Source of the DNA: Candidatus Bathyarchaeota archaeon
GTDB lineage: Archaea; Thermoproteota; Bathyarchaeia; Bathyarchaeales; Bathycorpusculaceae
Direction of reading: 5' to 3'
Assembly: GCA_963775465.1 (NCBI GenBank)
Contig: CAVZIW010000013.1
Span: forward strand, 96,001-160,000
DNA length: 64,000 bases
The number at the start of each line of letters is the position of its first letter. Position 1 is the stretch's first letter. Below the pieces are notes generated by a model that saw nothing but the letters and a program-made list of their open reading frames with translations, was not told the DNA's origin and ran no database searches. Positions 19,259-28,484 of this stretch are shown piece by piece. The position numbers and the translations under genes were made by a program.

Positions 19259-19738
19259 ATGACAAACCAGATAAAAACGGGAGATAAAGCCCCGGATTTC
19301 ACGCTACCCGACACTAATTTGAAGCCTATAAGCCTCCATGATTTTTTGGGTAAAAAAGTAGTTATCGCGTTCTTTGTAGGTGCATTTACTTCTGTTTGCA
19401 CCAAAGAGGTATGTGAGTTCCGTGATTCAATGGCTCGACTTGTTGATTTGAACGCTCAGGTCTTAGGAATTGGTGTAAGCGACCCCTTCTCCAACAAAGC
19501 TTTTTCGGAGAAAAACAGATTGCCATTCCCAGTTCTCAGCGATTACAATCGTGAAGTAATCCAGAAGTACGATTTGGTGTTTCCCGATTTTGCCGGACTT
19601 AAAGGTTATACAGTTGCTAAACGTTCAATCTTTGTCCTAGATGAAAAGGGTATAGTGTGTTATATCTGGATATCTGAAGATCCCTCAATTGAACCTAAAT
19701 ATGGAGAAATCCAAAAAACTCTTGAACAAATGGCATAA
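19259..19738 (+). CDS. Peroxiredoxin (BCP/AhpE-like)
   Basis: [30 protein letters not shown]. Confidence 0.92.
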   Translation: MTNQIKTGDKAPDFTLPDTNLKPISLHDFLGKKVVIAFFVGAFTSVCTKEVCEFRDSMARLVDLNAQVLGIGVSDPFSNKAFSEKNRLPFPVLSDYNREVIQKYDLVFPDFAGLKGYTVAKRSIFVLDEKGIVCYIWISEDPSIEPKYGEIQKTLEQMA

Positions 19739-19739
19739 T

Positions 19740-20170
19740 TTACAGCTTCTTTTCCATTCAAAACTGTATAATAGAACTTTACCACTCCGTCTCCTTCGAG
19801 AGAAGAATAATGCCTTACCTCTCCTAGCACAAAGAATCTACTGAATAATTCCATTATATGCTGCAGAACAAAGTGATTCCATCTTTGCCCGTTTCTATAG
19901 CTAAAACATGCGGGCATATACAGATCACCCCCGCGAAGAATGTGGTGAACTCCCGTTATGAACTTGACTTGGTCCTCAACCTCAACATGGTGAAAACAAC
20001 CATATCAAAAACAAAATCAAATTCTCCATCGACAAAAGACAAATCAACAAAACTCTCACACAAGAAATCAATTTTTGCCTTGGCTAATCGCGATTTTTTC
20101 CCGGCAATATTTATTGCGGTTTTGGAGATATCTATACCCATTACGTCAAAGCCATTTTCTGTAACAATAA
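19740..20170 (-). pseudogene. Frameshifted, 5'-truncated class I SAM methyltransferase
   Basis: GFDVMGIDISKTAI...FDFVFDM in one frame continues as GCFHHVEVEDQ..GVHHIL in another (1-nt indel near 20000); no motif I seen. Confidence 0.7.
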
Positions 20171-20245
20171 AGAATACGCATAACAAAAACATTCCATGGA
20201 AGTTTTCGTTTTTTAGCACAAAAATTATTAGCTTTAAAAAGATAG

Positions 20246-21142
20246 TTGAATCAAGTATTTGGTGAATTACCCAAAGTGGCCTTTGAAATTCAAGATTTGC
20301 CCGATGTCATTCGGGTTATTGTTCTTTTAAATTTGAGCAAAGGTACTAAAATTAAGAAAACAACTTTAAAGAACCGAATTGACCGTGTCTGCGTAAACTA
20401 CACCTGCGTAGAAATGGAAGAGCTAGACAAAGCTCTGAAAGAAATGGCCATTGAAGGACTCATCTTCGAAAAAGATGGCACAGTACAATTAACAGTTCAG
20501 GGCCAAAAACTAAGCAAAGAATGGGAAAACCTGCTTCTAAAAAAGGAACCTATAATGGAGGTAGTTGCAGGTTTAGTCGACGGTGCCATAACAAGCTTAG
20601 TAGTCATTCTTTCGGCAATAATAGCAACCTTTACGGGCGCGACCTTGCTTGGAGAACCCAAAACACTAATTTTCGCTGCATTGCTAACGCTTAGCGCTGT
20701 AGCCATAACAAATTTCTCAAGTTTTCTCCTCGGCGGAATAACCGCAGACTTGGCAGACATCATTACTCTTCAAAATCTGATGAACTACAGTTTAAGCGAC
20801 ATACCTGACAAGAAAGAACGCGACAAATCTTTGCTGCTGGTCCAAAAACTCTTTACTTTGCTCAGTAAGCAGATACATCGCTCAAACCTTTTTGGAGCGA
20901 TAATTTCAGGAACAACAACATTTTTTGCAGGAATCCTACCAATTGCAACTTACTTACTTTTGCAGGAGATCTCTCCTCTAAACATAATTTTAGCCTTTAC
21001 TGAAGTTGCAACTATTTCAGGAGTATTTCTAGTTAGATACCGTTCCAAGAAGACTCGAGTAAACTGGAAAGTAACCCTTGTCGAAACATTAGTAATCGTT
21101 ATAATCGCAACGGTTGTGTCCTTGATACTTGGAGCAATATAA
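20246..21142 (+). CDS. Winged-helix domain fused to VIT1/CCC1-like membrane domain
   Basis: LKEMAIEGLI...VQLTVQG wHTH; EVVAGLVDGAITSL VIT-like first helix; about five TM segments. Confidence 0.7.
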   Translation: MNQVFGELPKVAFEIQDLPDVIRVIVLLNLSKGTKIKKTTLKNRIDRVCVNYTCVEMEELDKALKEMAIEGLIFEKDGTVQLTVQGQKLSKEWENLLLKKEPIMEVVAGLVDGAITSLVVILSAIIATFTGATLLGEPKTLIFAALLTLSAVAITNFSSFLLGGITADLADIITLQNLMNYSLSDIPDKKERDKSLLLVQKLFTLLSKQIHRSNLFGAIISGTTTFFAGILPIATYLLLQEISPLNIILAFTEVATISGVFLVRYRSKKTRVNWKVTLVETLVIVIIATVVSLILGAI

Positions 21143-21154
21143 TAGCTAAAACAA

Positions 21155-21240
21155 AATGACCGCGCTCAACCATTAAGCACTTATCCATAACGCTATCAGC
21201 CCCCCGCTTTCAACGCAGTCTCATAAGCCTTATCATTCTA
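21155..21240 (-). pseudogene. Remnant of CoA-binding (YccU-like) protein C-terminus
   Basis: NDKAYETALKAG / VMDKCLMVE in shifted frames, with stops. Confidence 0.4.
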
Positions 21241-21416
21241 AATCACCATACCACCAACTGAAAAACATGATACATTGATTGGGTAACATTTTTACTATAC
21301 TTATTTTTATGACACTTTTGCTGGCTTCCTTTATAATGTCTAATATAAGGTTTCTCATCGTACGTTTATTGGTTATAAAAATCAGCAAAAATACGTTTTA
21401 ATTAATCTTAAAATGA

Positions 21417-21794
21417 TTATTCACGGCAAAAGAAACAATTTTTCGCCCATTCGTTAGGCATTTCTTTTTGACAGCGTTTGCACATTAAACCTTGTTCTCG
21501 GATTGCTTGACAGGTTTGGCAGAAGAGCTTTAGGATTTCAGCTTTGTTCTGGGGATGTTTTAGAAGGCTAATTACCATTTGGTCAATTAACGTTAAAACT
21601 TCACTTGCGTCTTCAAGTGAGAGTTGATTACCTCTTTCTCCTCCAATGTATCTGCTAACAGCAGATTGTGATAGACCAAGGATGTTAGCGGTTTGTTTTT
21701 CGTTTAGACCATGTTTTTCTACGATTGACCTTGCCATTATCGCTTTGACTGCTGGCAAGACTGTTTTAACTCCGACTTCACAGGGTAGTATCAA
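21417..21794 (-). CDS. HTH transcriptional regulator (COG2522-like) with Cys-rich C-terminus
   Basis: LPCE..VKTVLPAVK; HTH ANILGLSQSAVSRY; CQTC..CKRC..CFFC; TTG start chosen. Confidence 0.85.
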   Translation of the reverse strand: MILPCEVGVKTVLPAVKAIMARSIVEKHGLNEKQTANILGLSQSAVSRYIGGERGNQLSLEDASEVLTLIDQMVISLLKHPQNKAEILKLFCQTCQAIREQGLMCKRCQKEMPNEWAKNCFFCRE

Positions 21795-21839
21795 GTTCTT
21801 ACACCGATTAAGGGTATTTCTGGGGAAAACATATTTAAA

Positions 21840-21875
21840 TATGACGCTTGTCATAAGTTATGACGCGTGTCAAAA
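21840..21875. promoter_or_regulatory. Two tandem palindromic candidate operators TGAC-N4-GTCA
   Basis: TATGACGCTTGTCATA (21840-21855) and TATGACGCGTGTCAAA (21859-21874) between divergent regulators, next to a TATA-like TTTAAATA on the minus strand. Confidence 0.6.
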
Positions 21876-21952
21876 CGGGATAGCTAAAAAAATTTCACCA
21901 GACTTCTCAATGCTCCCCGTAACAATTACACGCATTGGGGGAAAAAAGCAAA

Positions 21953-22900
21953 ATGGGTAATGTCCTATCAATCAGAAATAGTGAAAACAACAAAGACTTA
22001 TCCACAATGCTCAAAACGTTAGATGCTGAATGCCGAAACTGCGCGCCAATAACACCTCTAGAGTGCATTAACCGTTGTCATGTGTACAAACTCAAAAACG
22101 AACTTCGAAAACTACGTGAAGCAATGGACAAACCCAACTACCTTAAAGAACTGTATAATGCTTTGAAAAATGAGACGCGTCTGCACATTCTAAAATCAAT
22201 CGTTAATGGTCGATATTCAGTGAGCCAACTCCAGCAGGAACTAAAAAAAACTGGACACTCACACAGTCAAGAAACCATCAATGAGGAATATCTTCAACCC
22301 TTAATGGCAGTGGGTTTAGCAACTGAATCACGTGATGAATACTACGCAACAACATTCGGGGGAAGACTAACCGAGCTGCTTATCGAATTTCCAGAATTTG
22401 TTGAAGTCCTACCTGCACATTCTGAATGCTACGAGGAAATGCTCCTAAGAGCTTTATTACCTGGACCAAAAACCTTCGAGAGCATTGAAACCATAATTTC
22501 CCCAAAAATAGCGTCCAGAATCTTAAAACGCCTTCGTCAAGTCGGTCTAATACAAACTCCTGAAGAGAGAGATTATATTTTCTTCTTTAAATCTAAACGA
22601 GATCCAAATAAAGAAGCCTTTACCACAACTGAAAGAAAAATTTATGAAGCCATACCCAAAGAGGGAATATCGGCTGGAAAACTTGCAAAAGAAACAGAAC
22701 TCTCAATGAGAAGGACTTACAAGTACCTCAGAGGCTTGAAAGGTAAAAAACTCGTTTTTATAAGAAGAACACCAAAAGCCTATGGTTTGACGGATAAAGG
22801 GGAAATGCTAGCTTCAGTTTTGGAAGAAGTACAGCAAATTGTCGACGAAACATGGATTTCTTCTCAGCAGATCTTCAATAACAGTTGCAACAACGCATAG
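21953..22900 (+). CDS. Multi-winged-helix protein with N-terminal Cys cluster
   Basis: CRNCx7Cx3C; ArsR-like ALKNETRLHIL; further wHTH repeats (SAGKLAKETELSMRRTYKYLRGL..YGLTDKG). Confidence 0.8.
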   Translation: MGNVLSIRNSENNKDLSTMLKTLDAECRNCAPITPLECINRCHVYKLKNELRKLREAMDKPNYLKELYNALKNETRLHILKSIVNGRYSVSQLQQELKKTGHSHSQETINEEYLQPLMAVGLATESRDEYYATTFGGRLTELLIEFPEFVEVLPAHSECYEEMLLRALLPGPKTFESIETIISPKIASRILKRLRQVGLIQTPEERDYIFFFKSKRDPNKEAFTTTERKIYEAIPKEGISAGKLAKETELSMRRTYKYLRGLKGKKLVFIRRTPKAYGLTDKGEMLASVLEEVQQIVDETWISSQQIFNNSCNNA

Positions 22901-22937
22901 TTGCACTCTGTAAATAGTAGTAATTATTCTTTTGTCT

Positions 22938-23417
22938 TTAGCCGGGAGCACCGTGAAATGGAACGTTTTCCCAGAGCATTTTCCACCAATCCGCCTCTGT
23001 TATAGTTTCTCCATGAACTATTATTTCCAAAACCATCTTCAACATAGCATGGTGTCTGCATTCATCGTTTAATATGGCTTTTAAGAGGAAAACAACCTTC
23101 TCATTCTCTATGTCCGGGATCATTTCTTGGAGCTTTTTGATTAATTCCGCTTCAATTTCAATGTGCTTCTTTATTAAAGCTCTTTGCTCGTCTAGGTTAC
23201 CTTGATTTAATGCTGTGGAAGCCTGAGTTAACAAAGTAATAGCTGCAGAATAAAGTTCAGCGTGCTTAACAGAATCTAAAGACACTCCTTTCAGTACACC
23301 TTTGACAGCGGGGTTTTTCATGTTAACTATAGCTTTCTCCAATGATTCGACGATTTGGTTCTCAACCATAATCTGATTTTTCAAAAAATCGAGGAGATCG
23401 ATGTTCTTTTTTACCAT
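22938..23417 (-). CDS. Ferritin-like (rubrerythrin-like diiron) protein
   Basis: Duplicated helical pairs with E..DSVKH and E..DECRHH ligands. Confidence 0.8.
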   Translation of the reverse strand: MVKKNIDLLDFLKNQIMVENQIVESLEKAIVNMKNPAVKGVLKGVSLDSVKHAELYSAAITLLTQASTALNQGNLDEQRALIKKHIEIEAELIKKLQEMIPDIENEKVVFLLKAILNDECRHHAMLKMVLEIIVHGETITEADWWKMLWENVPFHGAPG

Positions 23418-23439
23418 AATTTTCTCCTACCGCTAAATG

Positions 23440-23880
23440 TTAAGCCTTCTTCATCAAGCTTTCGGAAATCTTCTGTCCAAGTTCCCTGCAAGCGATTAAT
23501 GCTTGCTGATCAGGCAGATATCTCGCAAGCAAAGGCAATTGCACAATTTCCATTTCAAACTTGTTCTTCATTATTTCTAAAATAAGTTTTGGGGCTTCTC
23601 CGCTCCACCCATAAGAACCAAAGACTCCACCCACTTTTCCTTTCAAGTTTATGCCCTTAATTGCTGCCTCCTCAAAAAGATTCTTGAAGTCGACAGGTAT
23701 GTCATGATGATAAGTTGGTGCGCCAACAACTATTGCGTCAAAAGAATCGAGGCTACCAGCGTCAACGTGAAAAGATACTTCAACGTCTACATCGTTGCTT
23801 TTTGCCCCTTCAGCCACAGCATTGGCCATTCTTTCAGTGTTGCCTGTCCGACTGTAATATAGAATTAGTATTTTTTTCAT
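23440..23880 (-). CDS. Flavodoxin
   Basis: YYSRTGNTERMA, GAPTY, FGSYGWSG; start at ATG 23880. Confidence 0.93.
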   Translation of the reverse strand: MKKILILYYSRTGNTERMANAVAEGAKSNDVDVEVSFHVDAGSLDSFDAIVVGAPTYHHDIPVDFKNLFEEAAIKGINLKGKVGGVFGSYGWSGEAPKLILEIMKNKFEMEIVQLPLLARYLPDQQALIACRELGQKISESLMKKA

Positions 23881-24129
23881 AAAAATAAATTTAGAATTAG
23901 AATATTTCAACCTTTGCTTACTATATATAAAAATAAGTAGATTTATCAATTTTTTATTTCAGAATACTCTTTCCCGATAGTTTGCTTGATATTCAAAGTT
24001 TACATGTTGTTCTTAATTTATTTAACCCAAAAAGGTGTCTTTTCTATATAGAAGTAGAATAAAGGAACCTTTTACCTTTTAGACGAGAAGAAAAGAGTAA
24101 ACAAAGGTTTTCCTGCAATCGCATATTGC

Positions 24130-24426
24130 TTATCGGATATGTTTTCTTACTTTTTGCCCACCACGGTGGCCCGCTTCCTCTAAACTAGTTTTACCATATG
24201 CTTCCGGCGAACCTTCATGTTGCTTGGCTCTTTCTGAACCTCCTTTGCTGCCTATTTCACTGTAAAATTCTGAACCTCGCTCCATTGAGACTTTTTCGCC
24301 TCCTTTGCGACCTATCGCTTCGTAGAATTCTCGCCCGTGAGTTGCGGCAGTTTTCTCTCCGCCTCTTCTTCCTGCCTCAGCTACAGTCATTTTTCCTTTT
24401 TTGGTTTCTTCAGTTCGTGTACTCAA
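24130..24426 (-). CDS. GsiB/Em-like general stress protein (KGG repeats)
   Basis: MTVAEAGRRGG, EFYEAIGRKGG, EFYSEIGSKGG; SD GGAGGTGA before TTG. Confidence 0.9.
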   Translation of the reverse strand: MSTRTEETKKGKMTVAEAGRRGGEKTAATHGREFYEAIGRKGGEKVSMERGSEFYSEIGSKGGSERAKQHEGSPEAYGKTSLEEAGHRGGQKVRKHIR

Positions 24427-24662
24427 AAACTCACCTCCCATTAAACTGCGAAAAAGATATCATAAATAAAGCTGAAGGACTGTTCATAAACTTATGTTGT
24501 TGTAGTATAGCAGTAACATGCCAGCTATTTTTTTCAAAAGAACTGTATCATAATTGAATAGCGCACAAATCCCCTAATGCGTCTACGACTAAAATTATGC
24601 TTCATTGTAAATTGATTTAAATATTTCCCACAGTCAACTAAACAATAATACTGGGTACTAAA

Positions 24663-26144
24663 ATGAAAGTGCTCCTGATAAATCCGCCCCAAACTTTTTA
24701 TCCGGGCTCAGAACAGCCGGCTGGGAACCTACCTATAGGCTTGATGTACCTAGCCGCTTTACTTCAAAAGGCTAATTTCAAAGTTGAGATTTTGGATGCA
24801 TTTATGGTTGACTCAGTGTTCCAAAGAAATGGTGTTGAAACAATCGTTGGCATGCCATTGACAAGAATAAGGCAGGAATTAATCAAAAGAAAACCTGACG
24901 TAGTAGGCATATCTGGACCTTTTACTTGCCAAATTGATAACGCTGTCAAAATCAGCAATTTAGTCAAAGAAGTTAATCCGAATATACTAACAGTAACTGG
25001 TGGTCCCCATGTTACTTTGGCGCCTGAAGCGTTCTTGAAGGAAGCAAAAGACGTAGACATAGTAGTCAGAGGTGAAGGCGAATACACCATGCTTGAAATA
25101 GCTCAAGCTTTTGAAGACAGAAAACAAATGGACAGAATATTAGGAATTGCCTATCGTCAACGTGGAAAAATCAGACTGAATTCTCCTAGACCTCTTATTA
25201 AAAATTTGGATGAATTACCCTATCCAGCGTATAATTTAGTGGATATGGAGCGTTATTTGAGCTCAAAAAAGATTGGTTACCGAAGCTTCAAGGATCGAGC
25301 CATTTCAATGATTACAAGCCGTGGCTGCCCTTTCAATTGCTGCTTTTGTGCAGTCCACTTACATATGGGCAGATATTTTAGGGCTCATTCAGCAAACTAT
25401 GTAGTTGACCATATTCAATTTGTCGTTAAAAAGTTCAAAGTCCGGAACGTTTTTTTTGAAGATGATAATTTAACCCTTGACATCGAACGATTCGAAAACA
25501 TCTGCAACAATATTATTTCAAGAAATATCAATATTAGTTGGGAAACACCAAATGGTGTCCGGGCAGACTGCCTAAATAGGGAATTGCTAAAGAAAATGAA
25601 ACAATCAGGCTGCAAGAGTGTTTTTATTGGAGTGGAATCAGGCGACCAGCAAATCCTTAACAACGTTATATGTAAGAGTCTTGACTTAAACCGTGTGTTA
25701 GAATTTGCTAAGGACGCTAAGGAAATCGGATTAAAAACAGGGGCTTTCTACATTATAGGTTTTCCAGGAGAGACAAAGGAAAACATGCAAAAAACAGTGG
25801 ATTTTGCGTTAAGGCTCAAACGAGATTATGATGTTGGGATGCATTTGTTTGTCGCAACACCATCTTTCGGAACCCGATTGTATGAAGAATGCATCATTAA
25901 AGGATACGTTGAAGAGAACTTGACCTGGAACGCTTTTGCTCAGGCCAGACAACCCAAAGGGATGCCACTAATAACTACTAAGGATTTTACCCCGGCACAA
26001 GTGAAGGAGATAGCCGCTAGAGCAATGGCTCAATACAAGAGACTATCATTAATAAACCACCTAAAAAATCCGCACATAGTTCTGAAAACAGCATTTGAAC
26101 AGCCACAACTAATCGGAAAATACATTAAAGCATTATTCCATTAA
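24663..26144 (+). CDS. B12-binding domain radical SAM protein
   Basis: PIGLMYLAA, GGPH, GEGE, SRGCPFNCCFC, GVESG. Confidence 0.93.
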   Translation: MKVLLINPPQTFYPGSEQPAGNLPIGLMYLAALLQKANFKVEILDAFMVDSVFQRNGVETIVGMPLTRIRQELIKRKPDVVGISGPFTCQIDNAVKISNLVKEVNPNILTVTGGPHVTLAPEAFLKEAKDVDIVVRGEGEYTMLEIAQAFEDRKQMDRILGIAYRQRGKIRLNSPRPLIKNLDELPYPAYNLVDMERYLSSKKIGYRSFKDRAISMITSRGCPFNCCFCAVHLHMGRYFRAHSANYVVDHIQFVVKKFKVRNVFFEDDNLTLDIERFENICNNIISRNINISWETPNGVRADCLNRELLKKMKQSGCKSVFIGVESGDQQILNNVICKSLDLNRVLEFAKDAKEIGLKTGAFYIIGFPGETKENMQKTVDFALRLKRDYDVGMHLFVATPSFGTRLYEECIIKGYVEENLTWNAFAQARQPKGMPLITTKDFTPAQVKEIAARAMAQYKRLSLINHLKNPHIVLKTAFEQPQLIGKYIKALFH

Positions 26145-26219
26145 CAGTTAACTTTGGTTTAACGACCCCCCTCTTCTTTGTTGATCTACTGAAATATAAA
26201 AAAGGCAAAAGTTTCTGAT

Positions 26220-27263
26220 TTAGAAGTGTTTTGCGATTCTTTGGATGGCTGTTGCTGTCAGCCTTGCAGAAACTTCAATATCTTTGAGGTGAACCATCCC
26301 AACAGGGCTATGGATATACCTTGTTGGCACTGAAATTGTTCCGCATGGAATTCCTTGACGCGTGATGGAGATCCTTGCTGCATCCGTACTACCAAGCAAA
26401 CCCGATTCGAGTTGAAACGGGATTTTTTTCTCTTCCGCCGAATCGATTAACCACCGTAAGACTTTTGGATGAGCTATCAAACCGGAATCTGAAATAGTTA
26501 ATGCTGGTCCTTTTCCCATCTTTGCACTGGCATCAAATTCTCTGACTCCAGGAACATCACCGGCTATTGTAACATCCAAAGCTAAAGCAAGGTCAGGATC
26601 GACGCCAAAAGCAGCCGCTGCCGCACCTCTTAGACCAACTTCTTCTTGGATAGTTCCAACTGCGCATACAGTACAATCTGTTTTTTTAAGCAATTTTAGG
26701 GTTTCAACCATTGCGACGCACCCTACACGGTTGTCGAATGCTTTACCGATAGCAACATCATTACCAAGATTAGTGTATTTAATGTCAAACGCTATTGGGT
26801 CACCTATTGCTACACCAATTTTGGAGGCAGCTTCTTTGTTCTCCGCACCTACGTCTATGAAAAGGTCATCGTACGTTATGATTTTTTTGCGTTCTTCCTC
26901 TTTTTGTATGTGTGGTGGTTTGGAACCGATAATACCTAAACGTGCACCCTTTTGGGTATAAATGATGACTTTTTGAGCAAGCAAAATGCGGTCGTCAATG
27001 CCGCCCATCTTTGAAAACTTAACAAAGCCATCTTTGGTGATTGTTTTCACCATTAAACCGACTTCATCCATGTGGGCTGCAAGCATGATTTTTGGAGCTT
27101 TAGGTTCCCCATTTTTGACTGCAATAACATTTTCTAGTTTGTCAATTTGAACTTCGTCTGAATAGGGTTTAAGGAGTTGAACCATTATATCTCTAACTTG
27201 GCTTTCTCTGCCTGTTACTCCACAGGCGTTTGAGAGAACCTCTAAGTTTTCGTTTATAGACAA
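26220..27263 (-). CDS. M42 family (TET) aminopeptidase
   Basis: AHMDEVG, KAFDNR, QEEVGLRGA, DVT, RYIHS. Confidence 0.95.
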   Translation of the reverse strand: MSINENLEVLSNACGVTGRESQVRDIMVQLLKPYSDEVQIDKLENVIAVKNGEPKAPKIMLAAHMDEVGLMVKTITKDGFVKFSKMGGIDDRILLAQKVIIYTQKGARLGIIGSKPPHIQKEEERKKIITYDDLFIDVGAENKEAASKIGVAIGDPIAFDIKYTNLGNDVAIGKAFDNRVGCVAMVETLKLLKKTDCTVCAVGTIQEEVGLRGAAAAAFGVDPDLALALDVTIAGDVPGVREFDASAKMGKGPALTISDSGLIAHPKVLRWLIDSAEEKKIPFQLESGLLGSTDAARISITRQGIPCGTISVPTRYIHSPVGMVHLKDIEVSARLTATAIQRIAKHF

Positions 27264-27401
27264 ATTAATTTGCCTTCTTGCTGTAATGTAGATGGTTTAA
27301 GGGTTTTGTTATTAAACGGTTGCGGTGTAAAGTGATTATTTGCGTTCTGGACAAATCTTAAATCATTAAACTGTATCACACAAGGATTAAAGGTGTACAA
27401 A

Positions 27402-28334
27402 ATGGCACAACCAAGTTTCAAAACAGTTTTCGTTTTCTTAGACACAGACAAATACTGCAGTCCATTTGACATGCTAGTAGCAATTGATGCTTTCCCAGAC
27501 TCAATGATATTCAAATACGAAAATGTCACAGCTGACGACGCATCAAAAATCGTATTCGACGCGCTCTTTCCACGAGGACCAATGGGTGCAGCACACACAA
27601 AAATCTTCATCAACGGTAGCAACTTTGAAATGGTCGAACAGGTCGTTGCTGCCACCCAAAATGCAATGGCATCTGCACCATGGGGGAACTCTATCATCGT
27701 TGATCCAAGAGGCGCATACTCAACTGCAGCAGGCGCCGTCGCAAAAACCCTAAGCTTATCATTAGAAAAAGGTATCGGAACATTGGAAGGCAAAAATGTC
27801 ACAGTGCTAGCGGGAACAGGACCTGTAGGACAAACTGCAGCAAGAATCTATGCATCAGAAAAAGCAAACGTGATCATCACATCTCGTTCAATTGCAAAGG
27901 GACAGGCTGTCGCTGATAAAATCAATAAAGAAGCAGGTACGGAACGGGTTAAAGTAGTTGAAGTTACTAAACCTGAACAAACCGCAGCATCTATAAAAAA
28001 TGCAGAAATCATTCTGTCAGCGGGAGCAGGCGGAATCCAACTTCTAAGCAATGAAGACCTAAAAAGAAACGCGACTAAATGTAAAATCGTGGCAGATATA
28101 AACGCAATTAAACCGGTCGGAGTTGAAGGCTTAGAATCAAATGATGACGGCAAAGAAATCAAAACCGGGGTCTTCGGAATCGGAGCATTAGCCATTGGCA
28201 AACTAAAAATCAAGATAGAAACTGATATGATTAAACGCGCAACTGCAGCATCTCAAGGTCTATTCGACTACGCTATTGCATACGACATTGGTAAAGCACA
28301 GATTTTAAAGAAATTAGCTAAAACGAAAGCCTAA
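27402..28334 (+). CDS. NAD(P)-dependent methylene-H4MPT/H4F dehydrogenase (MtdA/MtdB family)
   Basis: SPFDMLVAIDA, FPRGP, DPRGAYSTAA, GTGPVG, DINAIKPVG, GALAIGKLK. Confidence 0.88.
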   Translation: MAQPSFKTVFVFLDTDKYCSPFDMLVAIDAFPDSMIFKYENVTADDASKIVFDALFPRGPMGAAHTKIFINGSNFEMVEQVVAATQNAMASAPWGNSIIVDPRGAYSTAAGAVAKTLSLSLEKGIGTLEGKNVTVLAGTGPVGQTAARIYASEKANVIITSRSIAKGQAVADKINKEAGTERVKVVEVTKPEQTAASIKNAEIILSAGAGGIQLLSNEDLKRNATKCKIVADINAIKPVGVEGLESNDDGKEIKTGVFGIGALAIGKLKIKIETDMIKRATAASQGLFDYAIAYDIGKAQILKKLAKTKA

Positions 28335-28484
28335 AAAGCGACCACTTTTTATTTTCTTTTCTTATTTTTCTAATTACACACACCCTTATTGAATTCTAGA
28401 CAGCAGAGTTCTTTTTGAAAAAGAAAATTATTGAAAATATCTACAAGAAATTTAAATATAATGGCTGATTATCAACAAAGTAAG

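Noticed and set aside
27254-27802. 182-aa antisense ORF, and many similar shadow ORFs in the track
   Set aside because: Opposite well-supported genes, with no recognisable motifs
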